NCBI GenBank assembly: GCA_964057225.1
Contig: OZ059899.1
Coordinates: 18,848,001-18,912,000, forward strand
Direction: 5' to 3'
Length of the DNA stretch: 64,000 nt
Origin: Auanema rhodensis
Taxonomy: Eukaryota > Animalia > Nematoda
Shown here: in pieces, positions 1 to 11,900 of the stretch
Layout: each line of letters starts with the position of its first letter
Position numbering within the stretch: position 1 is the first letter of the stretch
Position numbers and translations under genes: made by a program
Notes under the pieces: generated by a model
What the model saw: the letters and a program-made list of their open reading frames with translations, nothing else
Databases searched by the model: none
What the model was told of the DNA's origin: nothing

Positions 1-109
1 AACACAGATCGACGCAGCGTAAAAATCCGCATCGAATGCACTATACAACATTGAGAAACGCTTAATACAAAAATTAGTTATGATCGTTTGAAAAATGATG
101 CATTAGTGT

Positions 110-137
110 ATGTTGAGTTTCCATGTACACTCAACAT
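110..137. repeat. Perfect 9-bp inverted repeat with 10-nt spacer, one per monomer
   Basis: ATGTTGAGT (110-118) / ACTCAACAT (129-137); no variant noticed in the arms. Confidence 0.9.
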
Positions 138-144
138 TGCTTCC

Positions 145-210
145 AAAAACATTTTTACAAAAATTTTTCCGGAAAATTTCGAAACAATTTTGCAAAAAGT
201 AGATGTTTTT
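145..210. repeat. Central imperfect palindromic A/T-tract block, one per monomer
   Basis: Outer arms AAAAACAT (145-152) / ATGTTTTT (203-210). Internal degenerate 10-14 bp units (CAAAAACATTTTTA, CAAAAATTTTTC, CGGAAAATTT, CGAAACAATTTTG, CAAAAAG). 12-bp perfect palindrome TTTTCCGGAAAA (165-176) in 172G copies. Confidence 0.75.
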
Positions 211-287
211 AGATTCCTTTTTCCAAGGCAAAGACGATGGACAATGTTATTCAACGAAAAAATTAATTCTGCAGGGTGAAAATCGAG

Positions 288-309
288 GATATAAGTGTGA
301 ACTTATATC
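288..309. repeat. 9-bp inverted repeat with 4-nt GTGA loop, one per monomer
   Basis: GATATAAGT (288-296) / ACTTATATC (301-309). Overlaps a second dyad ATATCA-GT-TGATAT (305-318). Confidence 0.9.
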
Positions 310-1021
310 AGTTGATATCTCGGTGCATTTTTCAGCTAGCGCAAATCTGATAACACAGATCGACGCAGCTTAAAAATCCGCATCGAATGCACTATACAAC
401 ATTGAGAAACGCTTAATACAAAAATTAGTTATGATCGTTTGAAAAATGATGCATTAGTGTATGTTGAGTTTCCATGTACACTCAACATTGCTTCCAAAAA
501 CATTTTGACAAAAATTTTTCCGAAAAATTTCAAAATAATTTTGCAAAAAGTAGATGTTTTTAGATTCCTTTTTTCAAGGCAAAGACGATGGACAATGTTA
601 TTCAACGAAAAAATTAATTCTCCAGGGTGAAAATCGAGGATGTAAGTGTGAACTTATATCAGTTGATATCTCGGTGCATTTTTAAGCTAGCGCAAATCTG
701 ATAACACAGATCGACGCAGCGTAAAAATCCGCATCGAATGCACTATACAACATTGAGAAACGCTTAATACAAAAATTAGTTATGATCGTTTGAAAAATGA
801 TGCATTAGTGTATGTTGAGTTTCCATGTACACTCAACATTGCTTCCAAAAACATTTTTACAAAAATTTTTCCGGAAAATTTCGAAACAATTTTGCAAAAA
901 GTAGATGTTTTTAGATTCCTTTTTCCAAGGCAAAGACGATGGACAATGTTATTCAACGAAAAAATTAATTCTGCAGGGTGAAAATCGAGGATATAAGTGT
1001 GAACTTATATCAGTTGATATC

Positions 1022-1088
1022 TCGGTGCATTTTTAAGCTAGCGCAAATCTGATAACACAGATCGACGCAGCTTAAAAATCCGCATCGA
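1022..1088. repeat. ~67-bp imperfect inverted repeat spanning each monomer junction (pos 320-349 with next-monomer pos 5-35); example copy
   Basis: TCGGTGC/GCATCGA (6 of 7), ATTTTTAAGCT (1029-1039)/AGCTTAAAAAT (1069-1079) perfect 11 bp, GCG/CGC, ATCTG/CAGAT, loop ATAACA (1052-1057). Confidence 0.88.
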
Positions 1089-2457
1089 ATGCACTATACA
1101 ACATTGAGAAACGCTTAATACAAAAATTAGTTATGATCGTTTGAAAAATGATGCATTAGTGTATGTTGAGTTTCCATGTACACTCAACATTGCTTCCAAA
1201 AACATTTTGACAAAAATTTTTCCGAAAAATTTCAAAATAATTTTGCAAAAAGTAGATGTATTTAGATTCCTTTTTTCAAGGCAAAGACGATGGACAATGT
1301 TATTCAACAAAAAAATTAATTCTCCAGGGTGAAAATCGAGGATGTAAGTGTGAACTTATATCAGTTGATATCTCGGTGCATTTTTAAGCTAGCGCAAATC
1401 TGATAACACAGATCGACGCAGCGTAATAATCCGCATCGAATGCACTATACAACATTGAGAAACGCTTAATACAAAAATTAGTTATGATCGTTTGAAAAAT
1501 GATGCATTAGTGTATGTTGAGTTTCCATGTACACTCAACATTGCTTCCAAAAACATTTTTACAAAAATTTTTCCGAAAATTTTCGAAACAATTTCGCAAA
1601 AAGTAGATGTTTTTAGATTCCTTTTTTCAAGGCAAAGACGATGGACAATGTTATTCAACGAAAAAATTAATTCTGCAGGGTGAAAATCGAGGATATAAGT
1701 GTGAACTTATATCAGTTGATATCTCGGTGCATTTTTAAGCTAGCGCAAATCTGATAACACAGATCGACGCAGCTTAAAAATCCGCATCGAATGCACTATA
1801 CAACATTGAGAAACGCTTAATACAAAAATTAGTTATGATCGTTTGAAAAATGATGCATTAGTGTATGTTGAGTTTCCATGTACACTCAACATTGCTTCCA
1901 AAAACATTTTGACAAAAATTTTTCCGAAAAATTTCAAAATAATTTTGCAAAAAGTAGATGTTTTTAGATTCCTTTTTTCAAGGCAAAGACGATGGACAAT
2001 GTTATTCAACGAAAAAATTAATTCTCCAGGGTGAAAATCGAGGATGTAAGTGTGAACTTATATCAGTTGATATCTCGGTGCATTTTTAAGCTAGCGCAAA
2101 TCTGATAACACAGATCGACGCAGCGTAAAAATCCGCATCGAATGCACTATACAACATTGAGAAACGCTTAATACAAAAATTAGTTATGATCGTTTGAAAA
2201 ATGATGCATTAGTGTATGTTGAGTTTCCATGTACACTCAACATTGCTTCCAAAAACATTTTGACAAAAATTTTTCCGAAAAATTTCAAAACAATTTTGCA
2301 AAAAGTAGATGTTTTTAGATTCCTTTTTCCAAGGCAAAGACGATGGACAATGTTATTCAACGAAAAAATTAATTCTGCAGGGTGAAAATCGAGGATATAA
2401 GTGTGAACTTATATCAGTTGATATCTCGGTGCATTTTTAAGCTAGCGCAAATCTGAT

Positions 2458-5400
2458 AACACAGATCGACGCAGCTTAAAAATCCGCATCGAATGCACTA
2501 TACAACATTGAGAAACGCTTAATACAAAAATTAGTTATGATCGTTTGAAAAATGATGCATTAGTGTATGTTGAGTTTCCATGTACACTCAACATTGCTTC
2601 CAAAAACATTTTTACAAAAATTTTTCCGGAAAATTTCGAAACAATTTTGCAAAAAGTAGATGTTTTTAGATTCCTTTTTCCAAGGCAAAGACGATGGACA
2701 ATGTTATTCAACGAAAAAATTAATTCTGCAGGGTGAAAATCGAGGATATAAGTGTGAACTTATATCAGTTGATATCTCGGTGCATTTTTAAGCTAGCGCA
2801 AATCTGATAACACAGATCGACGCAGCTTAAAAATCCGCATCGAATGCACTATACAACATTGAGAAACGCTTAATACAAAAATTAGTTATGATCGTTTGAA
2901 AAATGATGCATTAGTGTATGTTGAGTTTCCATGTACACTCAACATTGCTTCCAAAAACATTTTTACAAAAATTTTTCCGGAAAATTTCGAAACAATTTTG
3001 CAAAAAGTAGATGTTTTTAGATTCCTTTTTCCAAGGCAAAGACGATGGACAATGTAATTCAACGAAAAAATTAATTCTGCAGGGTGAAAATCGAGGATAT
3101 AAGTGTGAACTTATATCAGTTGATATCTCGGTGCATTTTTAAGCTAGCGCAAATCTGATAACACAGATCAACGCAGCTTAAAAATCCGCATCGAATGCAC
3201 TATACAACATTGAGAAACGCTTAATACAAAAATTAGTTATGATCGTTTGAAAAATGATGCATTAGTGTATGTTGAGTTTCCATGTACACTCAACATTGCT
3301 TCCAAAAACATTTTGACAAAAATTTTTCCGAAAAATTTCAAAATAATTTTGCAAAAAGTAGATGTTTTTAGATTCCTTTTTTCAAGGCAAAGACGATGGA
3401 CAATGTTATTCAACGAAAAAATTAATTCTCCAGGGTGAAAATCGAGGATGTAAGTGTGAACTTATATCAGTTGATATCTCGGTGCATTTTTAAGCTAGCG
3501 CAAATCTGATAACACAGATCGACGCAGCGTAAAAATCCGCATCGAATGCACTATACAACATTGAGAAACGCTTAATACAAAAATTAGTTATGATCGTTTG
3601 AAAAATGATGCATTAGTGTATGTTGAGTTTCCATGTACACTCAACATTGCTTCCAAAAACATTTTTACAAAAATTTTTCCGGAAAATTTCGAAACAATTT
3701 TGCAAAAAGTAGATGTTTTTAGATTCCTTTTTCCAAGGCAAAGACGATGGACAATGTTATTCAACGAAAAAATTAATTCTGCAGGGTGAAAATCGAGGAT
3801 ATAAGTGTGAACTTATATCAGTTGATATCTCGGTGCATTTTTAAGCTAGCGCAAATCTGATAACACAGATCGACGCAGCTTAAAAATCCGCATCGAATGC
3901 ACTATACAACATTGAGAAACGCTTAATACAAAAATTAGTTATGATCGTTTGAAAAATGATGCATTAGTGTATGTTGAGTTTCCATGTACACTCAACATTG
4001 CTTCCAAAAACATTTTGACAAAAATTTTTCCGAAAAATTTCAAAATAATTTTGCAAAAAGTAGATGTTTTTAGATTCCTTTTTTCAAGGCAAAGACGATG
4101 GACAATGTTATTCAACGAAAAAATTAATTCTCCAGGGTGAAAATCGAGGATGTAAGTGTGAACTTATATCAGTTGATATCTCGGTGCATTTTTAAGCTAG
4201 CGCAAATCTGATAACACAGATCGACGCAGCGTAAAAATCCGCATCGAATGCACTATACAACATTGAGAAACGCTTAATACAAAAATTAGTTATGATCGTT
4301 TGAAAAATGATGCATTAGTGTATGTTGAGTTTCCATGTACACTCAACATTGCTTCCAAAAACATTTTTACAAAAATTTTTCCGGAAAATTTCGAAACAAT
4401 TTTGCAAAAAGTAGATGTTTTTAGATTCCTTTTTCCAAGGCAAAGACGATGGACAATGTTATTCAACGAAAAAATTAATTCTGCAGGGTGAAAATCGAGG
4501 ATATAAGTGTGAACTTATATCAGTTGATATCTCGGTGCATTTTTAAGCTAGCGCAAATCTGATAACACAGATCGACGCAGCTTAAAAATCCGCATCGAAT
4601 GCACTATACAACATTGAGAAACGCTTAATACAAAAATTAGTTATGATCGTTTGAAAAATGATGCATTAGTGTATGTTGAGTTTCCATGTACACTCAACAT
4701 TGCTTCCAAAAACATTTTTACAAAAATTTTTCCGGAAAATTTCGAAACAATTTTGCAAAAAGTAGATGTTTTTAGATTCCTTTTTCCAAGGCAAAGACGA
4801 TGGACAATGTAATTCAACGAAAAAATTAATTCTGCAGGGTGAAAATCGAGGATATAAGTGTGAACTTATATCAGTTGATATCTCGGTGCATTTTTAAGCT
4901 AGCGCAAATCTGATAACACAGATCAACGCAGCTTAAAAATCCGCATCGAATGCACTATACAACATTGAGAAACGCTTAATACAAAAATTAGTTATGATCG
5001 TTTGAAAAATGATGCATTAGTGTATGTTGAGTTTCCATGTACACTCAACATTGCTTCCAAAAACATTTTGACAAAAATTTTTCCGAAAAATTTCAAAATA
5101 ATTTTGCAAAAAGTAGATGTTTTTAGATTCCTTTTTTCAAGGCAAAGACGATGGACAATGTTATTCAACGAAAAAATTAATTCTCCAGGGTGAAAATCGA
5201 GGATGTAAGTGTGAACTTATATCAGTTGATATCTCGGTGCATTTTTAAGCTAGCGCAAATCTGATAACACAGATCGACGCAGCGTAAAAATCCGCATCGA
5301 ATGCACTATACAACATTGAGAAACGCTTAATACAAAAATTAGTTATGATCGTTTGAAAAATGATGCATTAGTGTATGTTGAGTTTCCATGTACACTCAAC

Positions 5401-5967
5401 ATTGCTTCCAAAAACATTTTTACAAAAATTTTTCCGGAAAATTTCGGAACAATTTTGCAAAAAGTAGATGTTTTTAGATTCCTTTTTCCAAGGCAAAGAC
5501 GATGGACAATGTTATTCAACGAAAAAATTAATTCTGCAGGGTGAAAATCGAGGATATAAGTGTGAACTTATATCAGTTGATATCTCGGTGCATTTTTAAG
5601 CTAGCGCAAATCTGATAACACAGATCGACGCAGCTTAAAAATCCGCATCGAATGCACTATACAACATTGAGAAACGCTTAATACAAAAATTAGTTATGAT
5701 CGTTTGAAAAATGATGCATTAGTGTATGTTGAGTTTCCATGTACACTCAACATTGCTTCCAAAAACATTTTGACAAAAATTTTTCCGAAAAATTTCAAAA
5801 TAATTTTGCAAAAAGTAGATGTTTTTAGATTCCTTTTTTCAAGGCAAAGACGATGGACAATGTTATTCAACGAAAAAATTAATTCTCCAGGGTGAAAATC
5901 GAGGATGTAAGTGTGAACTTATATCAGTTGATATCTCGGTGCATTTTTAAGCTAGCGCAAATCTGAT
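2458..5967. repeat. 5-monomer (1755 bp) tandem duplication, monomers 8-12 / 13-17
   Basis: Rare 248A at 3056 and 4811, rare 11A at 3170 and 4925; same haplotype order A-A*-B-A-B. Confidence 0.88.
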
Positions 5968-8900
5968 AACACAGATCGACGCAGCGTAAAAATCCGCATC
6001 GAATGCACTATACAACATTGAGAAACGCTTAATACAAAAATTAGTTATGATCGTTTGAAAAATGATGCATTAGTGTATGTTGAGTTTCCATGTACACTCA
6101 ACATTGCTTCCAAAAACATTTTTACAAAAATTTTTCCGGAAAATTTCGAAACAATTTTGCAAAAAGTAGATGTTTTTAGATTCCTTTTTCCAAGGCAAAG
6201 ACGATGGACAATGTTATTCAACGAAAAAATTAATTCTGCAGGGTGAAAATCGAGGATATAAGTGTGAACTTATATCAGTTGATATCTCGGTGCATTTTTC
6301 AGCTAGCGCAAATCTGATAACACAGATCGACGCAGCTTAAAAATCCGCATCGAATGCACTATACAACATTGAGAAACGCTTAATACAAAAATTAGTTATG
6401 ATCGTTTGAAAAATGATGCATTAGTGTATGTTGAGTTTCCATGTACACTCAACATTGCTTCCAAAAACATTTTGACAAAAATTTTTCCGAAAAATTTCAA
6501 AATAATTTTGCAAAAAGTAGATGTTTTTAGATTCCTTTTTTCAAGGCAAAGACGATGGACAATGTTATTCAACGAAAAAATTAATTCTCCAGGGTGAAAA
6601 TCGAGGATGTAAGTGTGAACTTATATCAGTTGATATCTCGGTGCATTTTTAAGCTAGCGCAAATCTGATAACACAGATCGACGCAGCGTAAAAATCCGCA
6701 TCGAATGCACTATACAACATTGAGAAACGCTTAATACAAAAATTAGTTATGATCGTTTGAAAAATGATGCATTAGTGTATGTTGAGTTTCCATGTACACT
6801 CAACATTGCTTCCAAAAACATTTTTACAAAAATTTTTCCGGAAAATTTCGAAACAATTTTGCAAAAAGTAGATGTTTTTAGATTCCTTTTTCCAAGGCAA
6901 AGACGATGGACAATGTTATTCAACGAAAAAATTAATTCTGCAGGGTGAAAATCGAGGATATAAGTGTGAACTTATATCAGTTGATATCTCGGTGCATTTT
7001 TAAGCTAGCGCAAATCTGATAACACAGATCGACGCAGCTTAAAAATCCGCATCGAATGCATTATACAACATTGAGAAACGCTTAATACAAAAATTAGTTA
7101 TGATCGTTTGAAAAATGATGCATTAGTGTATGTTGAGTTTCCATGTACACTCAACATTGCTTCCAAAAACATTTTGACAAAAATTTTTCCGAAAAATTTC
7201 AAAATAATTTTGCAAAAAGTAGATGTATTTAGATTCCTTTTTTCAAGGCAAAGACGATGGACAATGTTATTCAACGAAAAAATTAATTCTCCAGGGTGAA
7301 AATCGAGGATGTAAGTGTGAACTTATATCAGTTGATATCTCGGTGCATTTTTAAGCTAGCGCAAATCTGATAACACAGATCGACGCAGCGTAAAAATCCG
7401 CATCGAATGCACTATACAACATTGAGAAACGCTTAATACAAAAATTAGTTATGATCGTTTGAAAAATGATGCATTAGTGTATGTTGAGTTTCCATGTACA
7501 CTCAACATTGCTTCCAAAAACATTTTTACAAAAATTTTTCCGAAAATTTTCGAAACAATTTCGCAAAAAGTAGATGTTTTTAGATTCCTTTTTTCAAGGC
7601 AAAGACGATGGACAATGTTATTCAACGAAAAAATTAATTCTGCAGGGTGAAAATCGAGGATATAAGTGTGAACTTATATCAGTTGATATCTCGGTGCATT
7701 TTTAAGCTAGCGCAAATCTGATAACACAGATCGACGCAGCTTAAAAATCCGCATCGAATGCACTATACAACATTGAGAAACGCTTAATACAAAAATTAGT
7801 TATGATCGTTTGAAAAATGATGCATTAGTGTATGTTGAGTTTCCATGTACACTCAACATTGCTTCCAAAAACATTTTGACAAAAATTTTTCCGGAAAATT
7901 TCGAAACAATTTCGCAAAAAGTAGATGTTTTTAGATTCCTTTTTCCAAGGCAAAGACGATGGACAATGTTATTCAACGAAAAAATTAATTCTCCAGGGTG
8001 AAAATCGAGGATGCAAGTGTGAACTTATATCAGTTGATATCTCGGTGCATTTTTAAGCTAGCGCAAATCTGATAACACAGATCGACGCAGCGTAAAAATC
8101 CGCATCGAATGCACTATACAACATTGAGAAACGCTTAATACAAAAATTAGTTATGATCGTTTGAAAAATGATGCATTAGTGTATGTTGAGTTTCCATGTA
8201 CACTCAACATTGCTTCCAAAAACATTTTTACAAAAATTTTTCCGAAAATTTTCGAAACAATTTCGCAAAAAGTAGATGTTTTTAGATTCCTTTTTTCAAG
8301 GCAAAGACGATGGACATTGTTATTCAACGAAAAAATTAATTCTGCAGGGTGAAAATCGAGGATATAAGTGTGAACTTATATCAGTTGATATCTCGGTGCA
8401 TTTTCAAGCTAGCGCAAATCTGATAACACAGATCGACGCAGCTTAAAAATCCGCATCGAATGCACTATACAACATTGAGAAACGCTTAATACAAAAATTA
8501 GTTATGATCGTTTGAAAAATGATGCATTAGTGTATGTTGAGTTTCCATGTACACTCAACATTGCTTCCAAAAACATTTTGACAAAAATTTTTCCGGAAAA
8601 TTTCGAAACAATTTCGCAAAAAGTAGATGTTTTTAGATTCCTTTTTCCAAGGCAAAGACGATGGACAATGTTATTCAACGAAAAAATTAATTCTCCAGGG
8701 TGAAAATCGAGGATGCAAGTGTGAACTTATATCAGTTGATATCTCGGTGCATTTTCAAGCTAGCGCAAATCTGATAACACAGATCGACGCAGCTTAAAAA
8801 TCCGCATCGAATGCACTATACAACATTGAGAAACGCTTAATACAAAAATTAGTTATGATCGTTTGAAAAATGATGCATTAGTGTATGTTGAGTTTCCATG

Positions 8901-11900
8901 TACACTCAACATTGCTTCCAAAAACATTTTGACAAAAATTTTCCCTAAAAATTTCAAAATAATTTCACAAAAAGTAGATTTTTTTAGATTCCTTTTTCCA
9001 AGGCAAAGACGATGGACAATGTTATTCAACGAAAAAATTAATTCTGCAGGGTGAAAATCGAGGATATAAGTGTGAACTTATATCAGTTGATATCTCGGTG
9101 CATTTTTAAGCTAGCGCAAATCTGATAACACAGATCGACGCAGCTTAAAAATCCGCATCGAATGCACTATACAACATTGAGAAACGCTTAATACAAAAAT
9201 TAGTTATGATCGTTTGAAAAATGATGCATTAGTGTATGTTGAGTTTCCATGTACACTCAACATTGCTTCCAAAAACATTTTGACAAAAATTTTTCCGAAA
9301 AATTTCAAAATAATTTTGCAAAAAGTAGATGTTTTTAGATTCCTTTTTTCAAGGCAAAGACGATGGACAATGTTATTCAACGAAAAAATTAATTCTCCAG
9401 GGTGAAAATCGAGGATGTAAGTGTGAACTTATATCAGTTGATATCTCGGTGCATTTTTAAGCTAGCGCAAATCTGATAACACAGATCGACGCAGCGTAAA
9501 AATCCGCATCGAATGCACTATACAACATTGAGAAACGCTTAATACAAAAATTAGTTATGATCGTTTGAAAAATGATGCATTAGTGTATGTTGAGTTTCCA
9601 TGTACACTCAACATTGCTTCCAAAAACATTTTGACAAAAATTTTTCCGGAAAATTTCGAAACAATTTCGCAAAAAGTAGATGTTTTTAGATTCCTTTTTC
9701 CAAGGCAAAGACGATGGACAATGTTATTCAACGAAAAAATTAATTCTCCAGGGTGAAAATCGAGGATGCAAGTGTGAACTTATATCAGTTGATATCTCGG
9801 TGCATTTTCAAGCTAGCGCAAATCTGATAACACAGATCGACGCAGCTTAAAAATCCGCATCGAATGCACTATACAACATTGAGAAACGCTTAATACAAAA
9901 ATTAGTTATGATCGTTTGAAAAATGATGCATTAGTGTATGTTGAGTTTCCATGTACACTCAACATTGCTTCCAAAAACATTTTTACAAAAATTTTTCCGG
10001 AAAATTTCGAAACAATTTTGCAAAAAGTAGATGTTTTTAGATTCCTTTTTCCAAGGCAAAGACGATGGACAATGTTATTCAACGAAAAAATTAATTCTGC
10101 AGGGTGAAAATCGAGGATATAAGTGTGAACTTATATCAGTTGATATCTCGGTGCATTTTTAAGCTAGCGCAAATCTGATAACACAGATCGACGCAGCTTA
10201 AAAATCCGCATCGAATGCACTATACAACATTGAGAAACGCTTAATACAAAAATTAGTTATGATCGTTTGAAAAATGATGCATTAGTGTATGTTGAGTTTC
10301 CATGTACACTCAACATTGCTTCCAAAAACATTTTGACAAAAATTTTTCCGAAAAATTTCAAAATAATTTTGCAAAAAGTAGATGTTTTTAGATTCCTTTT
10401 TTCAAGGCAAAGACGATGGACAATGTTATTCAACGAAAAAATTAATTCTCCAGGGTGAAAATCGAGGATGTAAGTGTGAACTTATATCAGTTGATATCTC
10501 GGTGCATTTTTAAGCTAGCGCAAATCTGATAACACAGATCGACGCAGCGTAAAAATCCGCATCGAATGCACTATACAACATTGAGAAACGCTTAATACAA
10601 AAATTAGTTATGATCGTTTGAAAAATGATGCATTAGTGTATGTTGAGTTTCCATGTACACTCAACATTGCTTCCAAAAACATTTTTACAAAAATTTTTCC
10701 GGAAAATTTCGAAACAATTTTGCAAAAAGTAGATGTTTTTAGATTCCTTTTTCCAAGGCAAAGACGATGGACAATGTTATTCAACGAAAAAATTAATTCT
10801 CCAGGGTGAAAATCGAGGATGCAAGTGTGAACTTATATCAGTTGATATCTCGGTGCATTTTCAAGCTAGCGCAAATCTGATAACACAGATCGACGCAGCT
10901 TAAAAATCCGCATCGAATGCACTATACAACATTGAGAAACGCTTAATACAAAAATTAGTTATGATCGTTTGAAAAATGATGCATTAGTGTATGTTGAGTT
11001 TCCATGTACACTCAACATTGCTTCCAAAAACATTTTGACAAAAATTTTTCCGAAAAATTTCAAAATAATTTTGCAAAAAGTAGATGTTTTTAGATTCCTT
11101 TTTTCAAGGCAAAGACGATGGACAATGTTATTCAACGAAAAAATTAATTCTCCAGGGTGAAAATCGAGGATGTAAGTGTGAACTTATATCAGTTGATATC
11201 TCGGTGCATTTTTAAGCTAGCGCAAATCTGATAACACAGATCGACGCAGCGTAAAAATCCGCATCGAATGCACTATACAACATTGAGAAACGCTTAATAC
11301 AAAAATTAGTTATGATCGTTTGAAAAATGATGCATTAGTGTATGTTGAGTTTCCATGTACACTCAACATTGCTTCCAAAAACATTTTGACAAAAATTTTT
11401 CCGGAAAATTTCGAAACAATTTCGCAAAAAGTAGATGTTTTTAGATTCCTTTTTCCAAGGCAAAGACGATGGACAATGTTATTCAACGAAAAAATTAATT
11501 CTCCAGGGTGAAAATCGAGGATATAAGTGTGAACTTATATCAGTTGATATCTCGGTGCATTTTTAAGCTAGCGCAAATCTGATAACACAGATCGACGCAG
11601 CGTAAAAATCCGCATCGAATGCACTATACAACATTGAGAAACGCTTAATACAAAAATTAGTTATGATCGTTTGAAAAATGATGCATTAGTGTATGTTGAG
11701 TTTCCATGTACACTCAACATTGCTTCCAAAAACATTTTTACAAAAATTTTTCCGGAAAATTTCGAAACAATTTTGCAAAAAGTAGATGTTTTTAGATTCC
11801 TTTTTCCAAGGCAAAGACGATGGACAATGTTATTCAACGAAAAAATTAATTCTCCAGGGTGAAAATCGAGGATGCAAGTGTGAACTTATATCAGTTGATA

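Larger units (their letters stand above)
88..279 (+). other. Repeated 63-codon open frame inside the monomer; probably not a gene
   Basis: TTG start; K/F/I/N-rich translation reflecting A/T tracts; no recognisable domain. Broken by nonsense changes in monomers 9, 14 (3056, 4811), 146 (51086) and 181 (63420). Confidence refers to the non-coding interpretation. Confidence 0.85.
1..351. repeat. Representative 351-bp monomer (phase set arbitrarily at the window start)
   Basis: 117/351 G+C. Common biallelic sites at pos 19, 156, 172, 181, 185, 191, 212, 223, 233, 244, 271, 291. Essentially invariant BsrGI (124-129), EcoRV (314-319) and NheI (335-340) sites; polymorphic BspEI (168-173) and PstI (269-274) sites. 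Confidence 0.97.

Noticed and set aside
156-233. Recombination hotspot in the central palindrome
   Set aside because: Many mosaic switch points map here, but so do most informative markers, so the clustering is confounded by ascertainment.
243-259. CENP-B-box-like motif on the minus strand (TTTCGTTGAATAACATT)
   Set aside because: Matches the TTCG and central A but lacks the essential CGGG half.
1-351. Tandem RNA gene unit (5S rRNA, tRNA, spliced-leader or snRNA) or rDNA spacer
   Set aside because: No recognisable 5S, tRNA cloverleaf/A-B box, SL or Sm-site sequence on either strand by eye; cmscan not run.
1-351. Monomer as a dimer of ~175-bp subunits
   Set aside because: The two halves show no alignable similarity; only short internal repeats such as CAACATTG (46-53, 132-139).
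1-351. Drosophila 1.688 (359/353-bp) satellite family
   Set aside because: Similar length and AT content, but I see no sequence correspondence with the 359-bp consensus as I recall it.
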